Origin: Candidatus Zixiibacteriota bacterium | GTDB lineage: Bacteria; Zixibacteria; MSB-5A5; GN15; JAAZOE01 | Direction of reading: 5' to 3' | Assembly: GCA_043819555.1 (NCBI GenBank) | Contig: JBDREQ010000053.1 | Location: 1 to 57,239 of the forward strand | Length of the DNA: 57,239 bases | Translations under genes and position numbers: made by a program | Part shown: piece after piece, positions 18,813 through 28,830 of the stretch | Layout: each line of letters opens with the position of its first letter | Position numbering within the stretch: position 1 is the stretch's first letter | The notes under the pieces: model-generated | What the model was told of the DNA's origin: nothing | What the model saw: the letters and a program-made list of their open reading frames with translations, nothing else | Database searches by the model: none

Positions 18813-20128
18813 AGAGATTATTAATTATCCTGATTCTGATAGCCGGGATTTGCCCGAATTCATCTGAAGCCCAAAATATATTTGTTAAAAAAATAAGCCC
18901 CGATAAAAATTTGTGGGGAATTCGATATTTAAATATTCCGATCGAAAACAGACGAAATGATACCGCCAGAGTTAGCGCTGAATATTTTATTAAATATGAC
19001 GACCATTATCTCTCCGGCCTTGAAAGAATCGGATTCGATACAACTTTTGTTGTCCCCCCGAATTCCACTAATGAATATCGATTCTATTATGAACTGCCGG
19101 GTTCATTTGGCCGTTCAAAATCGCGTCTGTTAATTCGCTGGCAATATGATAATCCTCTCGCATCCGATACTATTAAGGATTCGACTTTGCAATCATTCAA
19201 TACGACCGTGGTCGCCATCGGGGAAGCCGAGCAATACGACACTAAAAGGTATTGTCTTGGCCCGGCCTATGGCACTCTGCATTCTCAGGATTTCTTCTTT
19301 GAATATCCGCGATTGCTATTGTATTTGCTGGCCCGCCAAAAAACTGTGGATGAGATAGGAAAACTTCTTCGAGTCGATCTCCGCTCAAATTACTTGATTA
19401 TTGACAGATTGCGGGCGGAGGGTTTATTTAGCGAGAATCAGGCAGACCTCAATCCCCGGCTTATGGCCATTAGCGAAAACGAAGGTCTCGCTGTGCGGCC
19501 ACTAATCAATGTTATGACCGAATCTTTTAAGGCATGGTACGACTCGACCGGCAAAGTGAAACTTGATGAGTTTTTCAAAGAAACTGAAATTGATCCCGGC
19601 CCGGCTGGATCAAAATCACTTAACCTTCTGATTCTAATTTCATTGCTTAATGAAAACTGGTCAGAACCTGAAAACTCATCCGGAATGGAATCATATAATT
19701 CAATTAAATGGATCGTTCAAGGCGGTGATTTTTTTATGCCTCGCCTGTGTCTGGGCAGTTATGAAAGGAATGGCAATTTTGTATTTTTAACTTTTTCATT
19801 AGATCCCGTGCACGGATTTGAGAAAGCCCGTCTTATCGGATTAAATGATAAAATTGAGGAACAATTTAGGCTTGAGAAAGATAACGTTCCGGGGATATCC
19901 GCTAATCAGTTTGGTGAATTAATGAAAATCGCTCGGCAAAGCGGATTGATTGAAGATGTCCTAAAAGACATTATTTCCTTACTTGCATCAACAAAAGCCA
20001 ATCTTGAATTTTATCAGGAATACCAGGAACCATACCTGGCCGACTATCTGATTCGTTCGGTTGTCGGGGGAGCGTTTGCCGAAAAACGGCATCAGGATAA
20101 TATTGACTTCATAATCATAAGGCAATAA
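18803..20128 (+). CDS. Hypothetical exported protein
   Basis: 441-aa ORF with N-terminal signal peptide, overlapping the rlmN stop; no family recognised. Confidence 0.7.
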   Translation: MRLKRLLIILILIAGICPNSSEAQNIFVKKISPDKNLWGIRYLNIPIENRRNDTARVSAEYFIKYDDHYLSGLERIGFDTTFVVPPNSTNEYRFYYELPGSFGRSKSRLLIRWQYDNPLASDTIKDSTLQSFNTTVVAIGEAEQYDTKRYCLGPAYGTLHSQDFFFEYPRLLLYLLARQKTVDEIGKLLRVDLRSNYLIIDRLRAEGLFSENQADLNPRLMAISENEGLAVRPLINVMTESFKAWYDSTGKVKLDEFFKETEIDPGPAGSKSLNLLILISLLNENWSEPENSSGMESYNSIKWIVQGGDFFMPRLCLGSYERNGNFVFLTFSLDPVHGFEKARLIGLNDKIEEQFRLEKDNVPGISANQFGELMKIARQSGLIEDVLKDIISLLASTKANLEFYQEYQEPYLADYLIRSVVGGAFAEKRHQDNIDFIIIRQ

Positions 20129-20130
20129 AA

Positions 20131-20586
20131 ATGAAAATACCATTGTTTATGATTACTCTGATCGCGGGATTTCTACTTCTATCATTTACCGGATGCCAGA
20201 ATGATATCGTAAATCGCGACGAAATACCTTTAATAAAAGATACCGTATCTGCTATCGAGACTGTCATTAAAGCTCGCAATACCATTTATCTTGATTCTTT
20301 GTTATGTTCCGAGGCGTCATCAGCCGGTACTACTCCTGAGTCAATACTGAGTTTTATTTATGATGATAATTTGAGCGAATTTACCGGATTTAAAGGACGG
20401 CAAATATTTTACAGAAATGAAGCGGCTCGAGTTGATTGTTCGGTTGGCGGACCAAACGGTCCCATAAAAGAAATAACTATTACTCTTAAAAAAGAAAATG
20501 AAGTTTGGCTGTTAAAAAAGATTGAGCCCCGGATCGATGATTCCGCTCCGCCAATAAAAGATACAATTAACTCCGATTCCGTATAG
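20131..20586 (+). CDS. Hypothetical lipoprotein
   Basis: Lipobox FTGC after a hydrophobic stretch; 2 bp from the previous gene. Confidence 0.7.
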   Translation: MKIPLFMITLIAGFLLLSFTGCQNDIVNRDEIPLIKDTVSAIETVIKARNTIYLDSLLCSEASSAGTTPESILSFIYDDNLSEFTGFKGRQIFYRNEAARVDCSVGGPNGPIKEITITLKKENEVWLLKKIEPRIDDSAPPIKDTINSDSV

Positions 20587-20602
20587 TAATAAATATAATG
20601 CC

Positions 20603-20633
20603 AAAAAAAACCCGCGGGCTCCGCGGGTTTTTT
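20603..20633. terminator. Bidirectional terminator between convergent genes
   Basis: AAAAAAAACCCGCGG-GCT-CCGCGGGTTTTTT. Confidence 0.85.
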
Positions 20634-20655
20634 ATTCATTGACGTTTATTTGAAT

Positions 20656-22524
20656 TTATAATTCAGCCTTGCTTTTAGAGCCATCAGTGATTGTATTGGA
20701 ATATTTCTCATCATCAAGGATTAATTCCAGGGCATTTAAAACTGTTCGGTCATATTTATGAATTATGCCCTCGTATAATCCGCGTTGACCATAAAGCTTC
20801 GTAAATATTTCTCTTTTAATAGAACGCCGAATATAGTCTTGAGATTCCGTGAAATCACCATCTTTTTCAGTTTCAATCAAGGTCTCAATATTTTCAATCG
20901 ATAATTTAAACAACTCTTCTTTATCTTCCTCAGTTATTATCTCTTTCAAATCTTCAACCGATGCCTCAAGAGCGGTTTTATATGTAAATGCTTTTTCCTT
21001 CAAGAATTCCTTGAATTCCTCCAAAACCTCGTCGCTTACTTCAAAATTCCAGTCAATTTCCGGGTGAGCTGCCGAATACTTGACCGCAAAGTCAAAAAAC
21101 ATTGATTGCGCAGTCATACTCATCTCAATTGGAAGCCATGGTTCCGGTTCAATTAATTGGTCAGGATAAATTCCACCGCCGCCATATACTTCGCGCCCGC
21201 CATTAGTATAAAATACTTCCTTTTTTTCGTCGACAGCCAGGCTGTCTGCTGACGGATGATCATCCATTTGATCCATGAAAGCATCAGCACTGCGTTTATG
21301 GTTTCGTTCGGGACGCTGAATGCATCTCCCGGATGGAATATAATATTTCGCGGTGGTTAATTTTAAGGCAATACTCTGGTCGGGGCCGACTGGGAAAACT
21401 TGCTGAACCAACCCTTTTCCATAAGTTTCCTGCCCCATTATTATTCCGCGGTCCCAGTCCTGAATAGCGCCAGCGACAATTTCCGAGGCCGAAGCTGTAC
21501 CGCCATTAACCAGCACCACGACTTTACCTTCCGGATAAATTGGGGGCTTATCGGTATGATAGTATCGTTCCGATCCTATATCACGGCCGCGGGTGAAAAC
21601 CACCAGTTGAGCGCTGTCCAAAAACAGGTTTGCCGTCTCAATTGCCTGATGGAGCAAGCCGCCGCCATTTGACCTGAGATCAAATATCACGCCTTCTATC
21701 GGTTTTTCCCTTAATAAATCCGCAAAAGCTTCCCGAAGTTCTCGGTCGGTTTCCTCCGCGAATCGAGAAAGTCTGACATAGCCGATATTGGTTCCTTCTA
21801 TAAAGCCATAATAATTGACCGATTTAAGCTCGATAACGGCCCGCTCAATATTATAATCAAGAAGTTCTGACACGCCTTCACGTTTTATTTTTATATTAAT
21901 GGCAGTTCCGGCAGGCCCTCTCATCATTTTAACCGCATCAGTAGATTCCATGCCCAGAGTCGGCTTGCCCTCAATCTCCCATATAATATCACCGGCCTGC
22001 AGCCCCTTGCGGTAGGCGGGGGTGCCTTCCATTGGAGAAATTACCCGGATGCGCTCGCCTCGGCTGTCAATTGAAATGCCAAGGCCTTCATATTTTCCGT
22101 GAGTCGATTCCATCAAATCTTCATAACCGCTCTCTTCCAGCAAGACCGAAAATGGATCAAGGTCGGCCAGCATTCCTTTAATACCGGAACGAATTAATTT
22201 CTTGACATCGACCTCTTCCATATATCGATTCTTAATATGGTAAGCCATATTATTGAAAATTTTAATATTCTTATAGAGAGTTTCCGGACTGTCAGGGTCA
22301 TCATCTTTAATTTCAGGAGTTTTTTCCTGCGCGTCAATATTCATCGTGTCAGCGACAATCATATCGCTATTTACCGCGAAATTATTATGCAGCTGTTGAT
22401 AAACGTTCTCTTCTTCGGCGCTGGATGTTTGCATGGCAATACCCGAACCGGTAACCCATAACAATCCCATTGCAAATACAAATAAAGCCGTCAGCTGAAG
22501 CAAAAACCTGCGAAGATCGAACAT
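20656..22524 (-). CDS. S41 carboxyl-terminal processing protease (CtpA/Prc-like, PDZ)
   Basis: LDPFS, GLGI PDZ, DLRSNGGGLL, TASASEIVAGAIQD, TYGKGLVQ. Confidence 0.93.
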   Translation of the reverse strand: MFDLRRFLLQLTALFVFAMGLLWVTGSGIAMQTSSAEEENVYQQLHNNFAVNSDMIVADTMNIDAQEKTPEIKDDDPDSPETLYKNIKIFNNMAYHIKNRYMEEVDVKKLIRSGIKGMLADLDPFSVLLEESGYEDLMESTHGKYEGLGISIDSRGERIRVISPMEGTPAYRKGLQAGDIIWEIEGKPTLGMESTDAVKMMRGPAGTAINIKIKREGVSELLDYNIERAVIELKSVNYYGFIEGTNIGYVRLSRFAEETDRELREAFADLLREKPIEGVIFDLRSNGGGLLHQAIETANLFLDSAQLVVFTRGRDIGSERYYHTDKPPIYPEGKVVVLVNGGTASASEIVAGAIQDWDRGIIMGQETYGKGLVQQVFPVGPDQSIALKLTTAKYYIPSGRCIQRPERNHKRSADAFMDQMDDHPSADSLAVDEKKEVFYTNGGREVYGGGGIYPDQLIEPEPWLPIEMSMTAQSMFFDFAVKYSAAHPEIDWNFEVSDEVLEEFKEFLKEKAFTYKTALEASVEDLKEIITEEDKEELFKLSIENIETLIETEKDGDFTESQDYIRRSIKREIFTKLYGQRGLYEGIIHKYDRTVLNALELILDDEKYSNTITDGSKSKAEL

Positions 22525-22907
22525 TTTATCCTCCTAAACAAGATGAATGTCTTATCAGAATATAATCAAAACTCGACAATATGCCAATTTATATCAAGTA
22601 TAAAGCAAATAAACGACCCGCCGTATAAATCCAGTGTCTTATTTCTTAAACGCCAAAGACTTGCAAATGGTTTCAATTTTTGAACAGTTTTGTTCAACTC
22701 TTAATAATGGTTGCGGGATAATTGCTTACAGAGATTTCAAAAATACCGCCAATAAATCACATTTAGAAAGCAGCATAATTCTTATATAGTATATATGCAT
22801 CTGTATGCGAATTATGCCAATCTCATTGCGATTAATTAGATTTGCGTTTGGCGCATGCAGTCAGATTACAATTGACCCGGAGTCGCTTGAAGTCTATTTT
22901 GACTTCT

Positions 22908-23546
22908 ATGTTTGAAGGAATTGAATCCATAATTTTTGACCTTGACGGGACTTTGATAGATTCCTCCGAAGGAGTGATTGAGGCGACTAATTATGCCCTC
23001 AATCAATCCGGGATTGCTGAGCGGACGCCGGAAGAAATTAAGCGCTTTATTGGATATCCGTTGGATAAAATGTTTCCGGCTTTTTGCGATGTCCCGATTG
23101 GAAAATTAAAAGACTTATTTCAGGAGCGGGCTCGCCAATCTGTGGTAAAATCTACCGTACCGATTCAAGGGGCAGAGGAGATTATTCGATATTTATATTC
23201 ATTAAACTACAAGCTCGCGATCGCTACTACAAAATTTACAAATCATACGACGGCAATATTGGCAAAACTCGGATGGGATATATATTTTGAGACTACCGCT
23301 TCAGGTGATGAAGTTAAAAATGTCAAACCGTCTCCCGATATTTTAAATCTGGCGCTTAAACGAATGGATTCGGTCATTAATAAGTCAATTATGATTGGCG
23401 ACACCATGAACGATATTATCGCGGCCCAAAGCATTAATATGAGAGTTATAGCGATAAAATCGCCCTTTGGAAATGAAAATCTGGCAAAATATAATCCCGA
23501 TTTACTGTTGGAAAATATAATCGACCTGAAGTCTGTTTTTAAATAA
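22908..23546 (+). CDS. HAD-family hydrolase (phosphoglycolate phosphatase-like)
   Basis: IFDLDGTLIDS, IATTK, KPSPD, MIGDTMND; ATG 22908 preferred. Confidence 0.9.
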   Translation: MFEGIESIIFDLDGTLIDSSEGVIEATNYALNQSGIAERTPEEIKRFIGYPLDKMFPAFCDVPIGKLKDLFQERARQSVVKSTVPIQGAEEIIRYLYSLNYKLAIATTKFTNHTTAILAKLGWDIYFETTASGDEVKNVKPSPDILNLALKRMDSVINKSIMIGDTMNDIIAAQSINMRVIAIKSPFGNENLAKYNPDLLLENIIDLKSVFK

Positions 23547-23585
23547 TATGAGCTTCTCAATCCGGTTTATCAAACCTTCACTTGA

Positions 23586-25943
23586 TTATTTAAAATCAAA
23601 TGGCGGCGGACCATTTTTGAGGATATGGTTTATAAGATAAACAGCGTCGGCGACATCAACCGCGATATCAAAATTCGCGTCGCCCGATTCAATGGTTATT
23701 GGTGGAGTTCCACCCTTAAAAACATGATTAATTAAATATACTGCATCCCCAACATTTAGGTGACTATCATTATTCGCGTCTCCGCGCATAACGTCATAAA
23801 TGTATATAGCGCCACTATTAATAATAGGTGTAAACGAAACCTCCCCCGAGTTCATTTCAGGGCCGAATTGCCCGAGAGTCACGGTATCAATAATATTCGA
23901 CCGCCCGCCAATACTCAATGAATCAGTACCAATATAGATTTTTGCAATTGTCCCCGTGCCTGGCGGAATCGATTCAGTCGTCGAATAAATCCGATAAGCT
24001 TTCTTTTTGCCATCCGATGTGGCCGCCGTTTTCGTGACCGAAAATCCATCGGTACGCGTTCCACTGACTGAAATTGAATCAATCGTTAAATTTGTAATTG
24101 TTTTAGAAATGTCTATCGGAACCCTCATGCTCCATAAATCCAGGGAATTAGTGAGATCAACAGAAATAATCCCGATTTGACCGGCATACACGGAGTCAGT
24201 CGCATAGACCATAGTGTCGGCTAACGCAATAATGAAATTGTTTTCAATATCTGCTATATCACCCCATTCGGTAGTGATTGTCAGCGTCACGTCATATATG
24301 CCGGGAACATTATAAGAATGAGAAGGGTTTTGTATGTTTGATGTTGCCCCGTCGCCAAAATCCCAGTTCCATTGAGTCGCCTGCAAATCCGACATGTCAA
24401 AGAAATTTACATCAAACGGAACTTGTTCAGTAGTCTTATCAGCTACTATTTTTGCTCCCCATTCAATTGCTGAGCCAAGATCGATTATACCGTATCCGTA
24501 GTCATTGTCAGGAGTATTTGACTGGCTTGCCGTTTCAATTAAAGCCCTTCGGATTAGTTGCGGGGTGAAACCGGGCCTGGCAGAGAGCAGAACGGCGGCG
24601 CTGCCACCAGCCAGGGGACATGAGAGCGACGTGCCGTTTGCTGTCGTATATGCCGTCGTACCCGAAGGCGACGCGCAAAAAGTGGCAACTCCCCGTGCAC
24701 AAACTTCCGGCTTTATGCGGCCGTCATACGTGGGGCCACGCGATGAAAATCCGGCTATATAACCATGGCTGTCAACTGCCCCGACGGCCAGAATTTCAAA
24801 CGCGTCGGATGGGGGCAGCACGGAACCTGGGCCGGGGCCTTCATTACCCATTGAATTCGCTACTACGATGCCATAAGAAGTCGCCAGATTAGCCGCTATA
24901 GTAGTCACTGCTGTTTCGCCGTCTACGTCGGCATATACATACCAATCGATATAAGCAAGTGACGACGATATAACATCGGCTCCAATAGAATCCGCCCATT
25001 CGACTGCGGCCACCCAGTTATCCTCCTCAACCTGCGTTTCCGAACGGACATCTTCAGTCTTGGCCAATATAAATGAAGCCCCATAAGCGGGTCCGTATAA
25101 TATCCCTTCTTTGGCGCCGCCCAAAGTTGACCATGTATACGTGCCATGATTATGCTGATTCTGAGCGTCGTTTACCTCGTTTTGAGTATTTCCATCATTA
25201 AATACAAAATCCCATTCGGCCAGGACACGACCAGTATTAAAGGCATCTGCAAAAGCTTCATGATCTTTCCTAAAACCAGTATCAAACATGGCCACGATTA
25301 CGCCCTGCCCATTATATCCCTTTTCATGTACAGCAGGTACGTTAATCTGAACCAATTGATCCAGAGATTGGCCGTAATCCAGATAATAACTAGACTGAAG
25401 CCCATTCGGTATTATCGGATCTTTATGCTCTAAATCTATTTTTACCGGTTCCCGGATGTATTCCAATACCGGTCGGACTTTGGAAACAAATGGCAGGTTA
25501 TTAATCGCATCCACCAAATCCAAAGAAATCTCAAAACTGGCGGCATTTAGCCAGCGGGAAGACTTCCTCAATTTGCCTCCCAGAGATTCAACTCGGCCAA
25601 TATAATCAGAGGATACCTGAAGGTCCCCAAAAGTAATTTTATCCAGACCAACCTTAGCTCGGCGATTTCGAGCATTATCCGTTAGGGTAACAGATGCAGC
25701 CAATTTATCAAACTCATCTTTGGTTGAAATATTCTTATCAGTAAAAAACACCCAGATTTTGACAATATTGTTTTCCGCACGGGGTGTCAGATATGTTTTG
25801 ACAACTTCAATCTTGTTATCGATTTCCTTATCCGTAAAAATTGGTTCAGAATTCAAAACCGATTTTTGCGCAAGCGCGCCGGATGTTAAAATAAGGATGA
25901 CTATAAAAAAGAGCAAAAAATCAAATCGTCGGTTATACTTCAT
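23586..25943 (-). CDS. Exported S8 serine peptidase with PKD, cohesin-like and C-terminal dockerin-like domains
   Basis: D-H-S triad (FDTG, HGT, GTSLSCP); PKD WNWDFGDG..NPSHSY; duplicated GDANNDSHLNVGDAVYLIN / GDANFDIAVDVADAVYLIN. Confidence 0.9.
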   Translation of the reverse strand: MKYNRRFDFLLFFIVILILTSGALAQKSVLNSEPIFTDKEIDNKIEVVKTYLTPRAENNIVKIWVFFTDKNISTKDEFDKLAASVTLTDNARNRRAKVGLDKITFGDLQVSSDYIGRVESLGGKLRKSSRWLNAASFEISLDLVDAINNLPFVSKVRPVLEYIREPVKIDLEHKDPIIPNGLQSSYYLDYGQSLDQLVQINVPAVHEKGYNGQGVIVAMFDTGFRKDHEAFADAFNTGRVLAEWDFVFNDGNTQNEVNDAQNQHNHGTYTWSTLGGAKEGILYGPAYGASFILAKTEDVRSETQVEEDNWVAAVEWADSIGADVISSSLAYIDWYVYADVDGETAVTTIAANLATSYGIVVANSMGNEGPGPGSVLPPSDAFEILAVGAVDSHGYIAGFSSRGPTYDGRIKPEVCARGVATFCASPSGTTAYTTANGTSLSCPLAGGSAAVLLSARPGFTPQLIRRALIETASQSNTPDNDYGYGIIDLGSAIEWGAKIVADKTTEQVPFDVNFFDMSDLQATQWNWDFGDGATSNIQNPSHSYNVPGIYDVTLTITTEWGDIADIENNFIIALADTMVYATDSVYAGQIGIISVDLTNSLDLWSMRVPIDISKTITNLTIDSISVSGTRTDGFSVTKTAATSDGKKKAYRIYSTTESIPPGTGTIAKIYIGTDSLSIGGRSNIIDTVTLGQFGPEMNSGEVSFTPIINSGAIYIYDVMRGDANNDSHLNVGDAVYLINHVFKGGTPPITIESGDANFDIAVDVADAVYLINHILKNGPPPFDFK

Positions 25944-26257
25944 AATATCCACCTTTTTGGTTGCACCATATTATATTCAATTATTTCTTTTGGCCAAGCT
26001 TTTATTTTATAACCGACAAGAATTATGATTTTGTTCCGAATAGTGACTTATTATTTAATCACAAAATAATGGCGATTGCCGCGGTTGCAAATATAGAACC
26101 AATAAATAGGTAAATGTCCACAAGTGTGGGATTGTCGCAATATATTTTTGGCATATTTGATAATCTTCGCTAATGGCATTATTTATATATCATGCATAAT
26201 GCGTTGTATGGCAATTAGATAAATGGAATGTGGAATAGCGGGAGATTGATTGGCTGA

Positions 26258-26273
26258 CGGCATGTATGTTGCG
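26258..26273 (+). promoter_or_regulatory. Sigma54 -24/-12 promoter upstream of the pseudopilin gene
   Basis: CGGCATGTATGTTGCG = GG-N10-GC, close to TGGCACGNNNNTTGC. Confidence 0.6.
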
Positions 26274-26330
26274 TGTGTTTGTGCAGAAAAATGGGCCTGG
26301 TTTCTGAAATCGGAATAGGGCGGTAAAAAT

Positions 26331-26834
26331 ATGAAGAAAATTAGACAAATCAGAGGAATCACAATGGTCGAAATGATGGTAATCGTGGTTATAATCGGTA
26401 TTATCTCGGCCATGGCACTACCTCGCTTTAAGATTACAATTGATCGACTCAAGTTTAAAACAGCTACCAAAGAGATGCTCTCGACCATGAGATTGGCGAG
26501 ATCAAGCGCCATAACTCAAAAACAGCCATTTGGAGTGAATTTTGACGCCTCCAATATGACGGTTACGCTTTTTCAAGATATCGTCAATCAAGCGTCACAA
26601 TCTTTTGAGTCGGGCGATTCAGTTATATATGTGGACACATTGCCTGATGATTGCTTTCTGGTGGCAACGACTTTCGGCGGTCAATCCCTTGTATATCAGC
26701 CCAATGGCTCTGCCTCGGCTTCAGGTTATGTCTGGCTTTTGTCTTATACAACCGACGATGATATTCATTTTGGGCTAATAAATGTATTGGCCTCAACGGG
26801 GCGGACTAAAGTCGATGGGATATATTACTATTAA
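26331..26834 (+). CDS. FimT/GspH-like minor pilin with class III prepilin signal
   Basis: RG|ITMVEMMVIVVIIGIISAMALP; LARSSAI; YQPNGSA. Confidence 0.88.
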   Translation: MKKIRQIRGITMVEMMVIVVIIGIISAMALPRFKITIDRLKFKTATKEMLSTMRLARSSAITQKQPFGVNFDASNMTVTLFQDIVNQASQSFESGDSVIYVDTLPDDCFLVATTFGGQSLVYQPNGSASASGYVWLLSYTTDDDIHFGLINVLASTGRTKVDGIYYY

Positions 26835-26867
26835 CAAAAAAAATGCTCCCTCCTTCTCATCCTCTGT

Positions 26868-26895
26868 AGGGCTCCGGATTAATTCGGAGCCCTTT
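26868..26895 (+). terminator. Intrinsic terminator after the pilin gene
   Basis: AGGGCTCCG-GATTAATT-CGGAGCCCT-TT. Confidence 0.7.
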
Positions 26896-26930
26896 AATAT
26901 ATTGATTTGAAATAAATTAGCAAAATAGGT

Positions 26931-27043
26931 TAAGAGTTAATCCCATAATGCCGAAAAAAATAAAAATTGAAACGTCGTGCAAAAATTTTGCCGGTAAAGC
27001 TTATGGCAAATTAAGGTAAATAAATTGACTCAAAAGACGATAT
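26931..27043 (+). promoter_or_regulatory. Two tandem sigma28-like promoter matches upstream of pilM
   Basis: TAAG-N15-GCCGAAAA (26931-26957) and TAAA-N15-GACGATAT (27017-27043). Confidence 0.45.
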
Positions 27044-27084
27044 AGAGATAGAATAAAACACAGTCTAACATAAGAAGAGAGGCC

Positions 27085-28137
27085 ATGATATTTTCACGAG
27101 GTAGCAAGAGTTTGATTGGGCTTGATGTCGGGGCCAACTCGATAAAACTGGTAAAGCTTAATCATACAAAGAACGGCTATGCGGTCGATGCCCTGGCGAT
27201 GCGTGAATTGCCGCCTGAGGCAATCGTATCCGATGAAATTCGGGATCGCGAAGCGGTTATTTTCAGTATTCAATCCGTTATGGATGAATGTGAAACGGGC
27301 ACCAAAAATGTTGTTGTCGGATTATCAGGCCATTCATTGATAACCGATAAGCTGGTCATCGATAAAAAAACGGGAGCTGAGGCGGAGCAGGCAATATTAT
27401 TTGAGGCCGAGCAGAGATCTCCATTTGATGTGGAAGATGTCGCTCTTGACCATCATGTTATTCGCATAAACGAGGAAACCAATAAAATGGAAGTCTTATT
27501 GGTAGCGGCGAGAAAAGAGTATTTACAACAATACCTCGAACTCATTATGGATTGCGGTTTGAATCCGGTAATTGTTGATACTGACGCTTTCGCTGTTTAC
27601 AACGCTTATGTTAATAACTATGAAGTCGATCCCGGCAAAACTACCGCCCTGGTCAATATTGGACAGGATATAACCAGTATTCTGTATATTTATCAGGGTA
27701 GTTATCATTCGACCCGAGATATCGCGATCGGCACCCGCTCCATCTTTAATTCCATTCAACAGGAATTCAGGCTGAACCATGAATTGACCAGTAAAGCTAT
27801 AAGAGGCGAAATGCAGGGATCAATTGACCAGGATATGCTCAAGGCTACGGTTATTTCGTCCTCCGAAGAAATAATTAATGGGCTGGAATTGGCCTTCAAC
27901 TATTTCAAATCCCAATCAAGGGCTGAAATGATTGACTGGATGGTTGTCTCAGGAGGAGGTGCTTTATTGCCATATCTGCCCGAATACATGCAGTCAAAAC
28001 TTCAAATCCCTCTGGAAATATTTAATCCCCTCAGGAATGTGGAATATGACCCCGAGAGATTAATGGGCCTTGAACTCGAAAAAATCGCTCCTCTCCTGGC
28101 TGTGCCGATTGGAATGGCGATGAGGAAGGCGGTGTAG
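27085..28137 (+). CDS. pilM: Type IV pilus assembly protein PilM
   Basis: IGLDVGANSIKLV actin-like motif, EAEQRSPF, VLLVAARKE, VSGGGA, IGMAMR. Confidence 0.93.
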   Translation: MIFSRGSKSLIGLDVGANSIKLVKLNHTKNGYAVDALAMRELPPEAIVSDEIRDREAVIFSIQSVMDECETGTKNVVVGLSGHSLITDKLVIDKKTGAEAEQAILFEAEQRSPFDVEDVALDHHVIRINEETNKMEVLLVAARKEYLQQYLELIMDCGLNPVIVDTDAFAVYNAYVNNYEVDPGKTTALVNIGQDITSILYIYQGSYHSTRDIAIGTRSIFNSIQQEFRLNHELTSKAIRGEMQGSIDQDMLKATVISSSEEIINGLELAFNYFKSQSRAEMIDWMVVSGGGALLPYLPEYMQSKLQIPLEIFNPLRNVEYDPERLMGLELEKIAPLLAVPIGMAMRKAV

Positions 28138-28140
28138 ATT

Positions 28141-28815
28141 ATGGAAATGATTAAAATAAATCTGCTGCCAAAGGAATTTAGAAAGAAAACCGGTCGATTA
28201 TCGTTAGGCAAAAAAGGATATTATGCCGTTGGCGCCGCAACTGGCGTTATTATTATGATCGCGGTTATTACATTTTATCAGATGGCTCAGGTAAGCGAGC
28301 TTAATGACAAAATGGAAATCGCGAAATTTCGAACACAGCAATTGAGAAAAGACATTGCCGTTGTTGACGCGCTTATAGATGTTAAAGAAAAAATTGTTAA
28401 ACGCATGGAAGCGATTGATAGACTCGACCAGCACCGCACGGTTTGGGTCAGAATTCTGGAAGATGTTTCTCGGCAGATTCCGGAATTTATGTGGTTATCG
28501 ACCTTTAAAGAAGAGGTCGCCAAAAATCCGGCGCCGAACGATACGACATCCAAAGCGCAATTACCAGCCATGACCCGGCCAGTAAAAATCGAGGGGTATG
28601 CGTTTACATTAAATTCCCTGGCCAATTTCATGATAAAAGTTATGCGTTCTGATTTTTTCAGTGATATTGAGATGGCCTCGACTGAGGAAGTTCAATTTCA
28701 GGAGCAAAAGGCTTACACATTTAAAATTACCGCCACTTTGCATTATTTGTCTGATGAAGAGCTCAAAAGGCTTCTGGAAGAGGAATCCGGTCCAAAACTC
28801 TTGGCCGGTTTTTAG
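28141..28815 (+). CDS. pilN: Type IV pilus assembly protein PilN
   Basis: IKINLLP, TM helix, coiled coil, IPEFMWL, IEGYA. Confidence 0.9.
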   Translation: MEMIKINLLPKEFRKKTGRLSLGKKGYYAVGAATGVIIMIAVITFYQMAQVSELNDKMEIAKFRTQQLRKDIAVVDALIDVKEKIVKRMEAIDRLDQHRTVWVRILEDVSRQIPEFMWLSTFKEEVAKNPAPNDTTSKAQLPAMTRPVKIEGYAFTLNSLANFMIKVMRSDFFSDIEMASTEEVQFQEQKAYTFKITATLHYLSDEELKRLLEEESGPKLLAGF

Positions 28816-28830
28816 AGGAGATCACAGGAG

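Noticed and set aside
26114..26155. PilR/NtrC-type enhancer sites upstream of the sigma54 box
   Set aside because: TGT-containing imperfect palindromes are present but too degenerate to call without a matrix.
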